IMG/VR virus record: IMGVR_UViG_3300044630_004371
Span: 22,859-86,858 of that record
Reading direction: 5' to 3' (one strand)
Length of the DNA: 64,000 bases
From: a virus
Every line of letters begins with the position of its first letter. Within the stretch, counting starts at the first letter, position 1. The notes below the pieces were generated by a model. That model was given only the letters and a program-made list of their open reading frames with translations. It was not told the DNA's origin and searched no databases. A program made the translations under genes and the position numbers. This document shows positions 49,213 through 58,172 of this stretch, in pieces.

Positions 49213-49836
49213 ATGGAAAATAAATTTAAAAAAAAATTAAAACGTAGAGGTCAAGAAATATATTTAAGATATTTTGCTAATCCAGATAATGTTATTAATG
49301 ATATAATCAATCAATATGATAATAAAATGTTAATAAATGAAATTGATTGTGAAATTATTTTTAATGTACCAATTACATATGAAAAAGAAATATATGAATT
49401 ATTATTATTTTATCCAAATAAATTAAAAGAATTAAAAATTATTGGTGTTAACGAAATAATTACTTTATATGACGAATATGGTGAAACAATTGATATAATG
49501 AAAACATGTAGAAGTGGTGTTTCTAAAACTAACGCAAGAGGTAAAATATGTGCCAATGCTAGTAGCAACTCAAAAAAGATGGGTTGTTTTTTTAATTTGA
49601 TTAGTGAAGATATTAAATTAGTTAAAATTTGTCCAATATTAAATATTCCTTTAGTGTATGATAATAATATAGCACTTGATGATTCAGCATCTATAGATAA
49701 AATTAACCCTAAACTTGGTTATACTAAAGATAATATACAAATCATTTCTTTATTGGCTAATAAAATGAAAAGCTCAGCAACTAAAGAACAATTAATTTGT
49801 TTTGCTAAAAAAATATTAGAATTATATAAGATATAA
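49213..49836 (+). CDS. HNH-type free-standing endonuclease
   Basis: CPILNIPL...ASIDKINPKLGYTKDNIQIISLLANKMK; more AT-rich than neighbours; ATATTTATA motif upstream. Confidence 0.7.
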   Translation: MENKFKKKLKRRGQEIYLRYFANPDNVINDIINQYDNKMLINEIDCEIIFNVPITYEKEIYELLLFYPNKLKELKIIGVNEIITLYDEYGETIDIMKTCRSGVSKTNARGKICANASSNSKKMGCFFNLISEDIKLVKICPILNIPLVYDNNIALDDSASIDKINPKLGYTKDNIQIISLLANKMKSSATKEQLICFAKKILELYKI

Positions 49837-49841
49837 CATAA

Positions 49842-49984
49842 ACCCTATTTTTAACCTTAAAATTTTTCCAAAAAAAAATTCACGAACATCATCATACCCC
49901 CTTTTTAAGGCTAGCACGGGGGGGCTATATAAGGGGGGTAACAAGCCAAAACGGGGGGAGGGGTGGTATAGGGGGGGGTATAGG
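49842..49984. repeat. Second copy of the A-tract/CACG..CATCATA..CACGGG motif, followed by five G runs
   Basis: G7 49918-49924, G6 49933-49938, G6 49953-49958, G4 49960-49963, G8 49971-49978. Confidence 0.8.
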
Positions 49985-50070
49985 ACAAAGATAAGCATTT
50001 ATATTGACATATCCATATAAAAAGGGAATAAGTTACCCACATTTTTTAGGTGTGGGTAACTTAATTTGTG

Positions 50071-50619
50071 TTAGTATCTTATAACTTTGTAAGTTTCTCC
50101 TAACAAAGCAATTTCAAGTACATTTTTAAGGTACAATTTTCTCCAAAGTATTTCACGTTCAGTACCTTGATTGGTAGCTTTGTTTTCGGTAGGTAAAAAG
50201 TCAACAAGTGTTTTTTTATCAGTTTCCACACCATCAGCAAAGTATTTTGTTTGTGGGAATACATTATCATTAGGTCGGTATTGTAGTACAAATTCGCCAT
50301 TAAAGATACCTATAAATTGGTTATTTTCGCCAAAGGTAATAGGCATTGTATTTTCGCCTTTGATGTAGTCAGTAGCTTGTTTGCCCTCTTTTGCTAATTG
50401 ATTGGTAACTGCTTTCTCATATTCGCTATTAAGCAAAATAGATACCCTTGATTGCTTTAAGATAGATTGATAAGGATTTTTGATATCGTTATTGGTACGA
50501 CTTTTTACAAGGCATTTAGGTAGTGTTTGTTGCAATACACTTGCAAATGTAGGCATACCTTTGGTAATTTTTGCATCAAACAAAATTTGTGCAAGTTCTT
50601 TTTCAGTTACGTTTTTCAT
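50071..50619 (-). CDS. Early hypothetical protein
   Basis: 182-aa ORF with its own promoter. Confidence 0.75.
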   Translation of the reverse strand: MKNVTEKELAQILFDAKITKGMPTFASVLQQTLPKCLVKSRTNNDIKNPYQSILKQSRVSILLNSEYEKAVTNQLAKEGKQATDYIKGENTMPITFGENNQFIGIFNGEFVLQYRPNDNVFPQTKYFADGVETDKKTLVDFLPTENKATNQGTEREILWRKLYLKNVLEIALLGETYKVIRY

Positions 50620-50750
50620 TTTTATGTTTTTTAATGATTGATTGATGATACAAATATAGGTATAATTTTTGAATTATCCAAATTTTTCTGCAATTATTTT
50701 TAATTGAAATTATCCACATATGGATTGTTGATAAGTTAGAATATAGTGTA

Positions 50751-50800
50751 GGTCGGAGTATACCTCCCGTTTCAACAACGTCCCGTTATCAATTGATAAC
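50751..50800 (-). ncRNA. Three-hairpin small RNA candidate, copy 1
   Basis: GTTATC-AATT-GATAAC GGGA CGTT-GTTGA-AACG GGAG-GTATA-CTCC GACC; begins 4 nt after TATCTTTG. Confidence 0.65.
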
Positions 50801-50847
50801 AAGACAAAGATAAGGAAAAGTTTTCACTTTTCCAAATCTTTTTATGA

Positions 50848-51012
50848 TTATTTTTCATCGTAATAAACACTTGTTGGTGGTATTCCTACTGCAACACAAA
50901 TTTCATCAATGATGCAATCCCCAAATTCTTCACTACCATAATCAATAAGAATACTTCTTATTTTTTCATGAGTTTCTTTCAAGGCTTCAATTTGTTCTTT
51001 AATTAATTCCAT
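50848..51012 (-). CDS. Early small protein
   Basis: Start moved to MELIKEQ, downstream of the promoter repeat. Confidence 0.65.
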   Translation of the reverse strand: MELIKEQIEALKETHEKIRSILIDYGSEEFGDCIIDEICVAVGIPPTSVYYDEK

Positions 51013-51089
51013 TGGTATATGTTTTAAATTATTAATAAAACAAAGATAAGGAAAAGTTTTCACTTTTCCAAATCTTTTTTCATTTATTT

Positions 51090-51251
51090 TTAACGATGTT
51101 TTACGTAGTTTTTCCAATTATGTTTTGGTTTCATCATTGCTTTGCCCCACCCTTTGCATTTTTTGTGATGATGTTTGCCATTGATATCAAGTGCATTGGC
51201 ATTGCATACAAAGGCTACTAATAAGATAACGATTACAAGGTACTTTTTCAT
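51090..51251 (-). CDS. 53-aa peptide with a signal-peptide-like N-terminus and basic/His C-terminus
   Basis: MKKYLVIVILLVAFVCNANA-LDINGKHHHKKCKGWG..., read by eye; own promoter. Confidence 0.55.
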   Translation of the reverse strand: MKKYLVIVILLVAFVCNANALDINGKHHHKKCKGWGKAMMKPKHNWKNYVKHR

Positions 51252-51330
51252 AATTATTTATTTTTAATTGATTAATAAGACAAAGATAAGGAAAAGAATT
51301 GACTTTTCCAAATCTTTTTTTAATTATTTT

Positions 51331-51456
51331 TTAGTTGAATAACCACATTGAGATATAGAATAACATTGATAAGGTTGTTAAAAAAACGATACCACCATAA
51401 AATTCTGAAGGAATTTCTTTACGAGCTTGGTTTAGTGTTGAGAAGATTGCTTTCAT
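51331..51456 (-). CDS. 41-aa membrane peptide
   Basis: MKAIFST...GIVFLTTLSMLFYISMWLFN; own promoter. Confidence 0.55.
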   Translation of the reverse strand: MKAIFSTLNQARKEIPSEFYGGIVFLTTLSMLFYISMWLFN

Positions 51457-51663
51457 TTTGATTGATTTTTGATTGATTAATGATACAAAGATAAGAATAA
51501 AAATTGAATTTTCCAAATTTATTTTTAAATAAAAATGAATACGCATAAAATAGTTATTGCTAAAAGGATTACTTTGAGAATGATAAGTTCTTTCATTTTG
51601 ATTGATTTTTGATTGATTAATGATACAAAGATAAGAATAAAAATTGAACTTTCCAAATTTATT

Positions 51664-51831
51664 TTAATCAAACATAACTTTTTTTGAGGTTTGTCTGTTG
51701 TAGTCTTTTTTTGTTTTGTGTACCTTGTGACTGAAGTTAGGAATTTTAGCGTCAATAGAAGCTTGTCTATTAGAGGCTTTATTCATTTTGATAATTTGTT
51801 CTTTGCTAATTTTGATAGTAAAAGCTTTCAT
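51664..51831 (-). CDS. Early small basic protein
   Basis: MKAFTIKI...HKVHKTKKDYNR. Confidence 0.6.
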   Translation of the reverse strand: MKAFTIKISKEQIIKMNKASNRQASIDAKIPNFSHKVHKTKKDYNRQTSKKVMFD

Positions 51832-51912
51832 TGTCTTGTTGTTTTGATAAGACAAAGATAAAAAAAAGGCTTGAATTATCCAAGCCTTTTTTTATAAAGT
51901 TATCAACATTTT

Positions 51913-52245
51913 TTAGTATGCACTTGTAGGCATATTTTGATTTTTTTCGTATGTTTGTCCCTCCCATTCAGTATCGGGGTTTGTAAGGCTGTGGAAGTAT
52001 TTTTTTAGTTGTTCGGCTATGTTGTCCAATTTAGCTTTTTGCTTATCGGTACAAGGCTTATTATAGGCTTGTATTGTGTTGTTGGCTTGTACCCTACCTA
52101 ATAGTCCACCACCCAAGTAGTTTTGGTATGCAGACATTTTTTCATTTTTAAAGCCTAGTGTGTCCAAGCTAATTTCTACACCACCACCACGAGAAGATAT
52201 TTCAGAACGTAGTGTAATGTTTTCAAAGTTGATTGCTTTTGCCAT
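51913..52245 (-). CDS. Early hypothetical protein
   Basis: Start moved to MAKAINF. Confidence 0.7.
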   Translation of the reverse strand: MAKAINFENITLRSEISSRGGGVEISLDTLGFKNEKMSAYQNYLGGGLLGRVQANNTIQAYNKPCTDKQKAKLDNIAEQLKKYFHSLTNPDTEWEGQTYEKNQNMPTSAY

Positions 52246-52325
52246 GATTGTATTGATTTTTGATTGATTAATAAGACAAAGATAAGGAAAAGTTTTCACA
52301 ATTCCAAATCTTTTTTCATTTATTT

Positions 52326-52634
52326 TTAATCATTTATTAAAAATTCGTCAGTAAGTTTGCCGTCCCATTCTAAGCTATTAAGATACCAAACACCTTTTTT
52401 AACTTGTATATGTACATTAGGCAAAGCGTTTAAGCGTTCTTTTGTTGTGTTGGTTTTATACCCACAAGTTGTGATAGCTAAGGTTTTTTCGGGGTTGTTA
52501 TACTTGTATGCTATTTCGTTGCCAAATAGCACCAAAACACTAACATTGGGAAATATTTTAACACTTGTATTACCACTATTAAAGGGTTCAGCGTTTAAAA
52601 ATTTTACTACTGCTTTTTTTGTAATTGTTCTCAT
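52326..52634 (-). CDS. Early hypothetical protein (TTKERLNA family)
   Basis: LFGNEIA...GYKTNTTKERLNAL motif, recalled from other phage early genes. Confidence 0.7.
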   Translation of the reverse strand: MRTITKKAVVKFLNAEPFNSGNTSVKIFPNVSVLVLFGNEIAYKYNNPEKTLAITTCGYKTNTTKERLNALPNVHIQVKKGVWYLNSLEWDGKLTDEFLIND

Positions 52635-52770
52635 TGTATTTTTTTTGATTGATTAATAAAACAAAGATAAGCAATTTTATTTAATTATCCAAATTTATTT
52701 TAAAAAATATTTTTTAAAAATAATCCAAAATAAATTTGGTAGTGTCATTTTTTATTCTTATCTTTGTATT

Positions 52771-52822
52771 GTTCAGTTGATGAACGTGACGGCTTGTAAG
52801 AGTCGGGAGGTATACTCCAACC
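52771..52822 (+). ncRNA. Three-hairpin small RNA candidate, copy 2
   Basis: GTTCA-GTTGA-TGAAC GTGA CGGCTT-GTAA-GAGTCG GGAG-GTATA-CTCC AACC; begins 4 nt after TATCTTTG. Confidence 0.65.
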
Positions 52823-52883
52823 TACCCCATATTTTTTTTAGAATAAATACCCTTATTTTTAAGGGTATTTTAACGTGTTTAAT

Positions 52884-53306
52884 TTAATAACCACCTCTAC
52901 ATATTGGTCCGAGTCCAAACTCAATAGATTTGGCATCTGTGAGTGTTTTACCACATACCAAACAATTGCCTGTATGCATAACTTCAACCAAGCTATCCAA
53001 AAGACCAAAATTTTTGGTTTCAGCTTTGCCCAAAACATAAGCAATAGCCATAGCAGAAGGTGAATCAACTACATTACCCTTGTGTCGAATACAGCCATTA
53101 AAATATGTACCTAAACGAACAAAATTTTGATATTCAACCTCAACCTTAACGTGTGTATACCAAACACCATTGTACTCGCTACGAGATATCTTATAGGTAT
53201 AGTCCTTGCCAGTCTTAATCGACTTGATAGTAAAATCAGAACCATTGTTATTAGCTTTACGATTGATTACCTCATAAAGTGCAGAAGAAGAAATAACGTG
53301 TGACAT
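52884..53306 (-). CDS. DUF6011-like zinc-binding protein
   Basis: CLVCGKTLTDAKSIEFGLGPIC. Confidence 0.75.
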   Translation of the reverse strand: MSHVISSSALYEVINRKANNNGSDFTIKSIKTGKDYTYKISRSEYNGVWYTHVKVEVEYQNFVRLGTYFNGCIRHKGNVVDSPSAMAIAYVLGKAETKNFGLLDSLVEVMHTGNCLVCGKTLTDAKSIEFGLGPICRGGY

Positions 53307-53403
53307 ATTGAATTATTTTGATTGATTAATAAAACAAAGATAAACAATTAATTTGAATTATCCAAATTTATTTTAAAAAAAAACATGCATGGTTTATAGG
53401 CCT

Positions 53404-53453
53404 GGTCGGAGTATACCTCCCGTTTCAACAACGTCCCGTTATCATTTGATAAC
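53404..53453 (-). ncRNA. Three-hairpin small RNA candidate, copy 3
   Basis: Differs from copy 1 at a single loop position; own promoter. Confidence 0.65.
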
Positions 53454-53506
53454 AAGACAAAGATAAGGAATTGTTTTCACAATTCCAAATCTTTTTTCAT
53501 TTATTT

Positions 53507-53803
53507 TTAACTTAATATTTCTTCGATACTTGGCTTGTCCAACTCGGCTTTATAGTCAGCTAAAATCTTTTCAAATTGTGGTAGGCAGTCAGAAGCAGAA
53601 CGACCTTTCAAACCATAATAGCGTTTGATATCGCTAAATTTAACCCCTCTACAAGTCATACCACTTGCCATAATTTTAAGGTTAAAACGATGTACGGCTA
53701 ACTGATAACCAAAGTAATCAATTTGTTTACCACCATTGCTTACTGAAGGTGTTTGTAGTTTGCCCTCACGAACTTGTTCTTGGGCTTGTTCAAATTGTGT
53801 CAT
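53507..53803 (-). CDS. Early hypothetical protein
   Basis: 98-aa ORF with its own promoter. Confidence 0.7.
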   Translation of the reverse strand: MTQFEQAQEQVREGKLQTPSVSNGGKQIDYFGYQLAVHRFNLKIMASGMTCRGVKFSDIKRYYGLKGRSASDCLPQFEKILADYKAELDKPSIEEILS

Positions 53804-53944
53804 AATTTATTTGTTTTAATGATTGATTAATAATACAAAGATGAGAATAAAAATCGACAATTCCAAATATTTTGATAAAAATATTTTTTAAAAATAATTG
53901 AAAATAAATTTGGTGGTCTCATTTTTTATTCTTATCTTTGTAAT

Positions 53945-53991
53945 GTTCAAATAACATAGCGGTCATAACGACCCTCAAGTATACTCCAACC
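53945..53991 (+). ncRNA. Three-hairpin small RNA candidate, divergent copy 4
   Basis: GTT-CAAAT-AAC...GGTC-ATAAC-GACC...GTATACTCCAACC; begins 4 nt after TATCTTTG. Confidence 0.45.
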
Positions 53992-54078
53992 TGGTTTTTA
54001 TCCTAAACAAAACTTTTTTAAAATAAATTTGGTAGTGTCATTTATTATTCTTATCTTTGCTTTATAAAATCAATCAAT

Positions 54079-54309
54079 ATGTACAACTTCACATTCAAAA
54101 CAGACGCAGAATTATTCCAAGCAGAATCCAAAGGCTTTATTGAAAGCTATGACATGGTTCGCATGGTGGTTAAAACAGGCAATTTAAACACTTGTGACTT
54201 CCCTTGCAAATCAGAAGAAGAATACAATAGATGTATTAAAATCTATAGTATTAAAATCGAACGTGTTTACCAAGATACACACAGCTTTGACATCATGGAT
54301 TATAATTAA
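54079..54309 (+). CDS. Early hypothetical protein
   Basis: 76-aa ORF behind a + strand promoter. Confidence 0.65.
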   Translation: MYNFTFKTDAELFQAESKGFIESYDMVRMVVKTGNLNTCDFPCKSEEEYNRCIKIYSIKIERVYQDTHSFDIMDYN

Positions 54310-54361
54310 AAAACTTGGGGAAACATTTGGTTTCCCCATTTATTTTTTGTATCTTTGTATT

Positions 54362-54432
54362 GTCAAGGTGGTGAAACGGTAAACACAAAGGGCGTTGCTC
54401 TAAATGTACAGGTTCGAATCCTGTCCTTGACA
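54362..54432 (+). tRNA. tRNA-like RNA with a non-canonical anticodon arm (identity not assignable)
   Basis: Acceptor GTCAAGG/CCTTGAC, D arm GTG-AAACGGTAAA-CAC, T arm ACAGG-TTCGAAT-CCTGT; anticodon arm AGGGC-GTT-GCTCT; no encoded CCA. Confidence 0.7.
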
Positions 54433-54433
54433 C

Positions 54434-54464
54434 AAAAAAGGCTAGAGTTAATCTAGCCTTTTTT
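54434..54464. terminator. Bidirectional terminator after the tRNA-like RNA
   Basis: AAAAAAGGCTAGA-GTTAA-TCTAGCCTTTTTT. Confidence 0.8.
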
Positions 54465-54555
54465 GGTATAGGTTATGTACGCAATTGTGTATATAGGGGT
54501 TATCCTTTAGCATACTCCTTTTCAAGTTCTTGCTCGAATAGGTTGGTATCCAAAT

Positions 54556-54768
54556 TTATTTGCAATTTTCTATGGCTTCCGAGTGTTTCATTTGTTCCTC
54601 AATAGATAACTCAGCAACACACACGATTTCTTCATTAGGTTTTAACTTAAAACCATTGTTGATAAGTTCTACAATGCTCGTGTAATGATACACTATATCA
54701 TAGGAATCAATACTTTTTTTTGTTGTTTTATTAAAGATAACGTAATCTTCTTTGGATATGTTTTGCAT
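54556..54768 (-). CDS. Early small protein
   Basis: 70-aa cassette ORF. Confidence 0.65.
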   Translation of the reverse strand: MQNISKEDYVIFNKTTKKSIDSYDIVYHYTSIVELINNGFKLKPNEEIVCVAELSIEEQMKHSEAIENCK

Positions 54769-54837
54769 AATGTTATTTGATTAGGATACAAAGATAAGGA
54801 GAATTTTTCAATTCTCCAAATCTTTTTACAATTATTT

Positions 54838-54987
54838 TTACAATCTATAAAACTTTTTTGTTCCATCTTTGTGAACAACGTTGAAGCAACGTCCCGAACC
54901 ATCTTCCATATCAATGCTTTGTACTTTGACTAGGTACTTGATTTCGATAAGTTGCTTTGCTAATTCTTTGATTGATTTTTCTAACAT
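54838..54987 (-). CDS. Early small protein (49 aa, MLEKSIKELAKQ...)
   Basis: Read by eye between two promoter repeats. Confidence 0.55.
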   Translation of the reverse strand: MLEKSIKELAKQLIEIKYLVKVQSIDMEDGSGRCFNVVHKDGTKKFYRL

Positions 54988-55052
54988 AGTATTTTAATTT
55001 ATTAGAATACAAAGATAAGGAGAATTTTTCAATTCTCCAAATCTTTTTTTAA

Positions 55053-55265
55053 TTAAATTTTATGCTCCCCAAAGGTATCAAAGTCTTGCACCTCATCATC
55101 AGCACTCATTCTAATTTCATCGTCAATACTATCAGCGTATTTTATCTCATTAAAGATAGCGTCTATCTTATCTTTATCTTCTTGTGTAGCAGAATTGCTA
55201 TCTTCAAAAATAATAAGCAATTCACAAGCATTGTTTAATAATCGTTCTAGGGTTTCTTTTTTCAT
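55053..55265 (-). CDS. Early small acidic protein
   Basis: Start moved to MKKETL. Confidence 0.65.
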   Translation of the reverse strand: MKKETLERLLNNACELLIIFEDSNSATQEDKDKIDAIFNEIKYADSIDDEIRMSADDEVQDFDTFGEHKI

Positions 55266-55366
55266 AACTATAATGTTTAATTGATTAGGATACAAAGATA
55301 AGAATAAGTTTTGACACTACCAAATAAAAAAGGAGGAATTTTCATCCTCCAATTTTAATCAATCAA

Positions 55367-55570
55367 TCAACAAGGCACTACTGAACAATAGTCAGCAATA
55401 TCTTCTAAAGGTATTCTTCCACGATTGGAGGAATAATACCCTTGTCTTTCATATCTTTTGGCAAAGTCCTCAAGTTCTTTTGGGACTTGCTTTTCGGTAT
55501 AGTTTGCTTTGTCCATTCGGATATCAAAGCCATCGGGAGATAATATTCTAAATTTTTGTACTTTTGACAT
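55367..55570 (-). CDS. Early small protein
   Basis: Start moved to MSKVQK. Confidence 0.65.
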   Translation of the reverse strand: MSKVQKFRILSPDGFDIRMDKANYTEKQVPKELEDFAKRYERQGYYSSNRGRIPLEDIADYCSVVPC

Positions 55571-55613
55571 AACTTTATTGATTTGATTAGGATACAAAGA
55601 TAAGCAATTAATT

Positions 55614-56012
55614 TTAATTTTCCAAATCTTTTTCAAACTTTTTCACAAAAAAATTGCTAATAGAATTTAGTTTGGTTCTCATTTTGATTGCATCTTCATC
55701 TTGCCCATTATCCTCTAAATCATCAGCAACATCATAAAGGCTTGTCAGTTCTTCAAAAACTTTTTTTGGTGTTTTATCCAAATCTTTCATGTAAATTATT
55801 TCACCATTCCATTGTGGGTGTGCATACATTTCAAGACACAAATAACAATCATAACCTTTTTCTTCAAGGTCATCAATATATTGGTCATATTGGTCAGCCA
55901 AGATTTGAATGTGAGTTCCCTTGTCAAATATTCTTACTGGTGACTTATCGGTTTTATCTTCGTGTGCAGTATCCCAAGTGCCATTGATAAAGATGTTGAT
56001 TAATGTATTCAT
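55614..56012 (-). CDS. Early hypothetical protein
   Basis: 132-aa cassette ORF running into the next repeat. Confidence 0.65.
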   Translation of the reverse strand: MNTLINIFINGTWDTAHEDKTDKSPVRIFDKGTHIQILADQYDQYIDDLEEKGYDCYLCLEMYAHPQWNGEIIYMKDLDKTPKKVFEELTSLYDVADDLEDNGQDEDAIKMRTKLNSISNFFVKKFEKDLEN

Positions 56013-56080
56013 TGTTTTGATTGATTTGATTATGATACAAAGATAAGCAATTAATTTGAATTATCCAAATCTTTTTGTAT

Positions 56081-56284
56081 TTATTTTCTAAAATTTCTTG
56101 TGATGTCCTTGGGGTTGGAAGTTTGCCCATCAGCATATTCTAATACACTATGTAGGGTTTCATCTTCACCCATTTCATTTTTAAGGAAGTCTATTACCTC
56201 ATCTTTGGTATCGAAGTCATAAGATTCTTCAATATAATCCCCATCATTAAAGTGGTTTCTTGTTTCTACTGAATAGGTTGGCAT
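56081..56284 (-). CDS. Early small acidic protein
   Basis: Start moved to MPTYSVE. Confidence 0.65.
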   Translation of the reverse strand: MPTYSVETRNHFNDGDYIEESYDFDTKDEVIDFLKNEMGEDETLHSVLEYADGQTSNPKDITRNFRK

Positions 56285-56589
56285 ATGATATTTGTTTTGA
56301 TTATGATACAAAGATAAGGAATTATTTTCACAATTCCAAATCTTTTGTAAAGTTTTTTAATAACCTCCAGTAAATGTTATAACGATATTTGCATCTTCTT
56401 CGATAGCATCAAAGGTTACACCTGATGCAATAAGGTCGGATAACATTTTTGTAAAGGTTTCTTTGGTTACGATTAGTACTCTCATTGTTTTATTGTTTTG
56501 ATTATAATACAAAGATAAGGAATTATATTGACACTACCAAATAAAAAAGGAGGAATTTTCATCCCTCCAATCTTAATCAATCATTATTT

Positions 56590-56847
56590 TTATACTGCGA
56601 TTACCCAATCGGTAACACCCCAATTTACCGAAGACGATACTGAGTATCCTTTCTTTCTCAATCGGTCAGCCACAATCGGCATATACATATACTCCTCAAC
56701 GCTCCAACCATAAGACGGTGCACACGATGAAGTTGTAAATGTGGTGGTTAGAGCATCTCCCGATAACCAACCTTCTATTCTTTCTTGAAGGCTTTGGATA
56801 AAATTTTCTTTTCTTTCTTGTGGTGTAAGTGTTGCTGTTTCTAACAT
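56590..56847 (-). CDS. Early small protein
   Basis: 85-aa cassette ORF. Confidence 0.65.
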   Translation of the reverse strand: MLETATLTPQERKENFIQSLQERIEGWLSGDALTTTFTTSSCAPSYGWSVEEYMYMPIVADRLRKKGYSVSSSVNWGVTDWVIAV

Positions 56848-56932
56848 AATTTTATTTATTTTGATTGTTGATTAATATGATACAAAGATAAGGAAAAGTT
56901 TTCACATTTCCAAATATTTTTGTAATTAATTT

Positions 56933-57478
56933 TTATTCATCTTCACCCCATTCATCTTCATCTTCATCTTCTTCTGCTTCGATAAAAACTACTTGGAATG
57001 CCACATACTCACCATTGCTATCTTTTTGCCCAAATACCCGATAAGAGCCATCTCCAAAACCCGATGAAGATACAACACCATTAGGTAATACACCCCATTG
57101 TTCATCAGCCAAGGTAATATCAGCACAAGCACGATACCACTCATCACCTTCTTCCGTATCGTAATCATCACCAAAATTGTGTTTTTTTAACTCTTTTGCT
57201 TTCTCATCATTACGATAAAACTCTTTGTCAAAGAAGCCAAATTGCCCACTATCAACCCCAGCACTAAAAGGCATTTCTTCAAACTTACCCGATAGAAAAT
57301 GATTTACGTGGTTAATACGTAATTCAGCTATTCTACGACCCCAAGATTCATCTTCTTCAACGTCAGCAACCCAAGTGCCTTTCTTTACGTTTTCTACGAT
57401 ACCTTGACACCAAGTCGGAATTGAGTAGCAAGGGTCGGAACAAACAAGTGTTCCCGATACAATTTCAAATTTTTCCAT
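56933..57478 (-). CDS. DUF4241-like protein
   Basis: LVCSDPCY, GVDSGQFGFFD, SSGFGDGSY. Confidence 0.7.
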   Translation of the reverse strand: MEKFEIVSGTLVCSDPCYSIPTWCQGIVENVKKGTWVADVEEDESWGRRIAELRINHVNHFLSGKFEEMPFSAGVDSGQFGFFDKEFYRNDEKAKELKKHNFGDDYDTEEGDEWYRACADITLADEQWGVLPNGVVSSSGFGDGSYRVFGQKDSNGEYVAFQVVFIEAEEDEDEDEWGEDE

Positions 57479-57549
57479 AATTTATTTAATTGATTAGAAT
57501 ACAAAGATAAGGAAAAGTTTTCACATTTCCAAATATTTTTTCAACTTTT

Positions 57550-57765
57550 TTAAATTGCTCTTGATTGCTCAATAAGTTTCAAAATTTCTTCAACTGATTC
57601 AACAACCTTATAACCACCATTGTTATGTGAATCGTGCTTTAATGTGCTACCTATACCATCTTCATGTGGATACATACCTTGAATACCATTGACACTTAAA
57701 ACCATTTTGGTTCCAATCATTTGGTTGTAATTGTTGGTTACTGTAATAAATCTAATATTGCTCAT
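57550..57765 (-). CDS. Early small protein
   Basis: C-terminal VVESVEEILKLI pattern. Confidence 0.65.
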   Translation of the reverse strand: MSNIRFITVTNNYNQMIGTKMVLSVNGIQGMYPHEDGIGSTLKHDSHNNGGYKVVESVEEILKLIEQSRAI

Positions 57766-57829
57766 ATCTTTTGTTTTTGATTAGAATACAAAGATAAGGA
57801 AAAGTTTTCACTTTTCCAAATCTTTTTTG

Positions 57830-58099
57830 TTAAAATTTGCTACACTTGTCAATCCACTCTGCCACTTCATTTGCCGAACAATAGCCTTTAACTTCATCAG
57901 TACCAAAGTCAAACCATTTATCGTCTTTATCCCACATGGCAATTTCTGCCGTTTTACTCTCCAAGTCCTTTGTGTTGTTCCATCCGTCTTGTGATATACT
58001 TCTATTATCACAATAGTTTCCATAACCCCATTGTACAGATATTGTCCACCCGTTTTCAAAAGTAATTTGAAAGCCTTTTCTTAATGTTGATTTGAACAT
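57830..58099 (-). CDS. Early hypothetical protein
   Basis: FENGWTISVQWG.GNYC..AEIA..DEVKGY motif, recalled from other phage early genes. Confidence 0.7.
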   Translation of the reverse strand: MFKSTLRKGFQITFENGWTISVQWGYGNYCDNRSISQDGWNNTKDLESKTAEIAMWDKDDKWFDFGTDEVKGYCSANEVAEWIDKCSKF

Positions 58100-58172
58100 A
58101 GTTGTTTGTTTTGATTAGAATACAAAGATAAGGAAAAGTTTTCACTTTTCCAAATCTTTTTTCAATTATTTT

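Noticed and set aside
54362-54432. Ordinary tRNA-Asn(GTT)
   Set aside because: Anticodon loop geometry is non-canonical and the D arm is not Asn-like
54887-54896. CAACGTCCCG match to ncRNA copies 1 and 3 as a possible target
   Set aside because: Only 10 nt, and it is same-sense as the RNA within a - strand ORF, so no antisense pairing; may be chance
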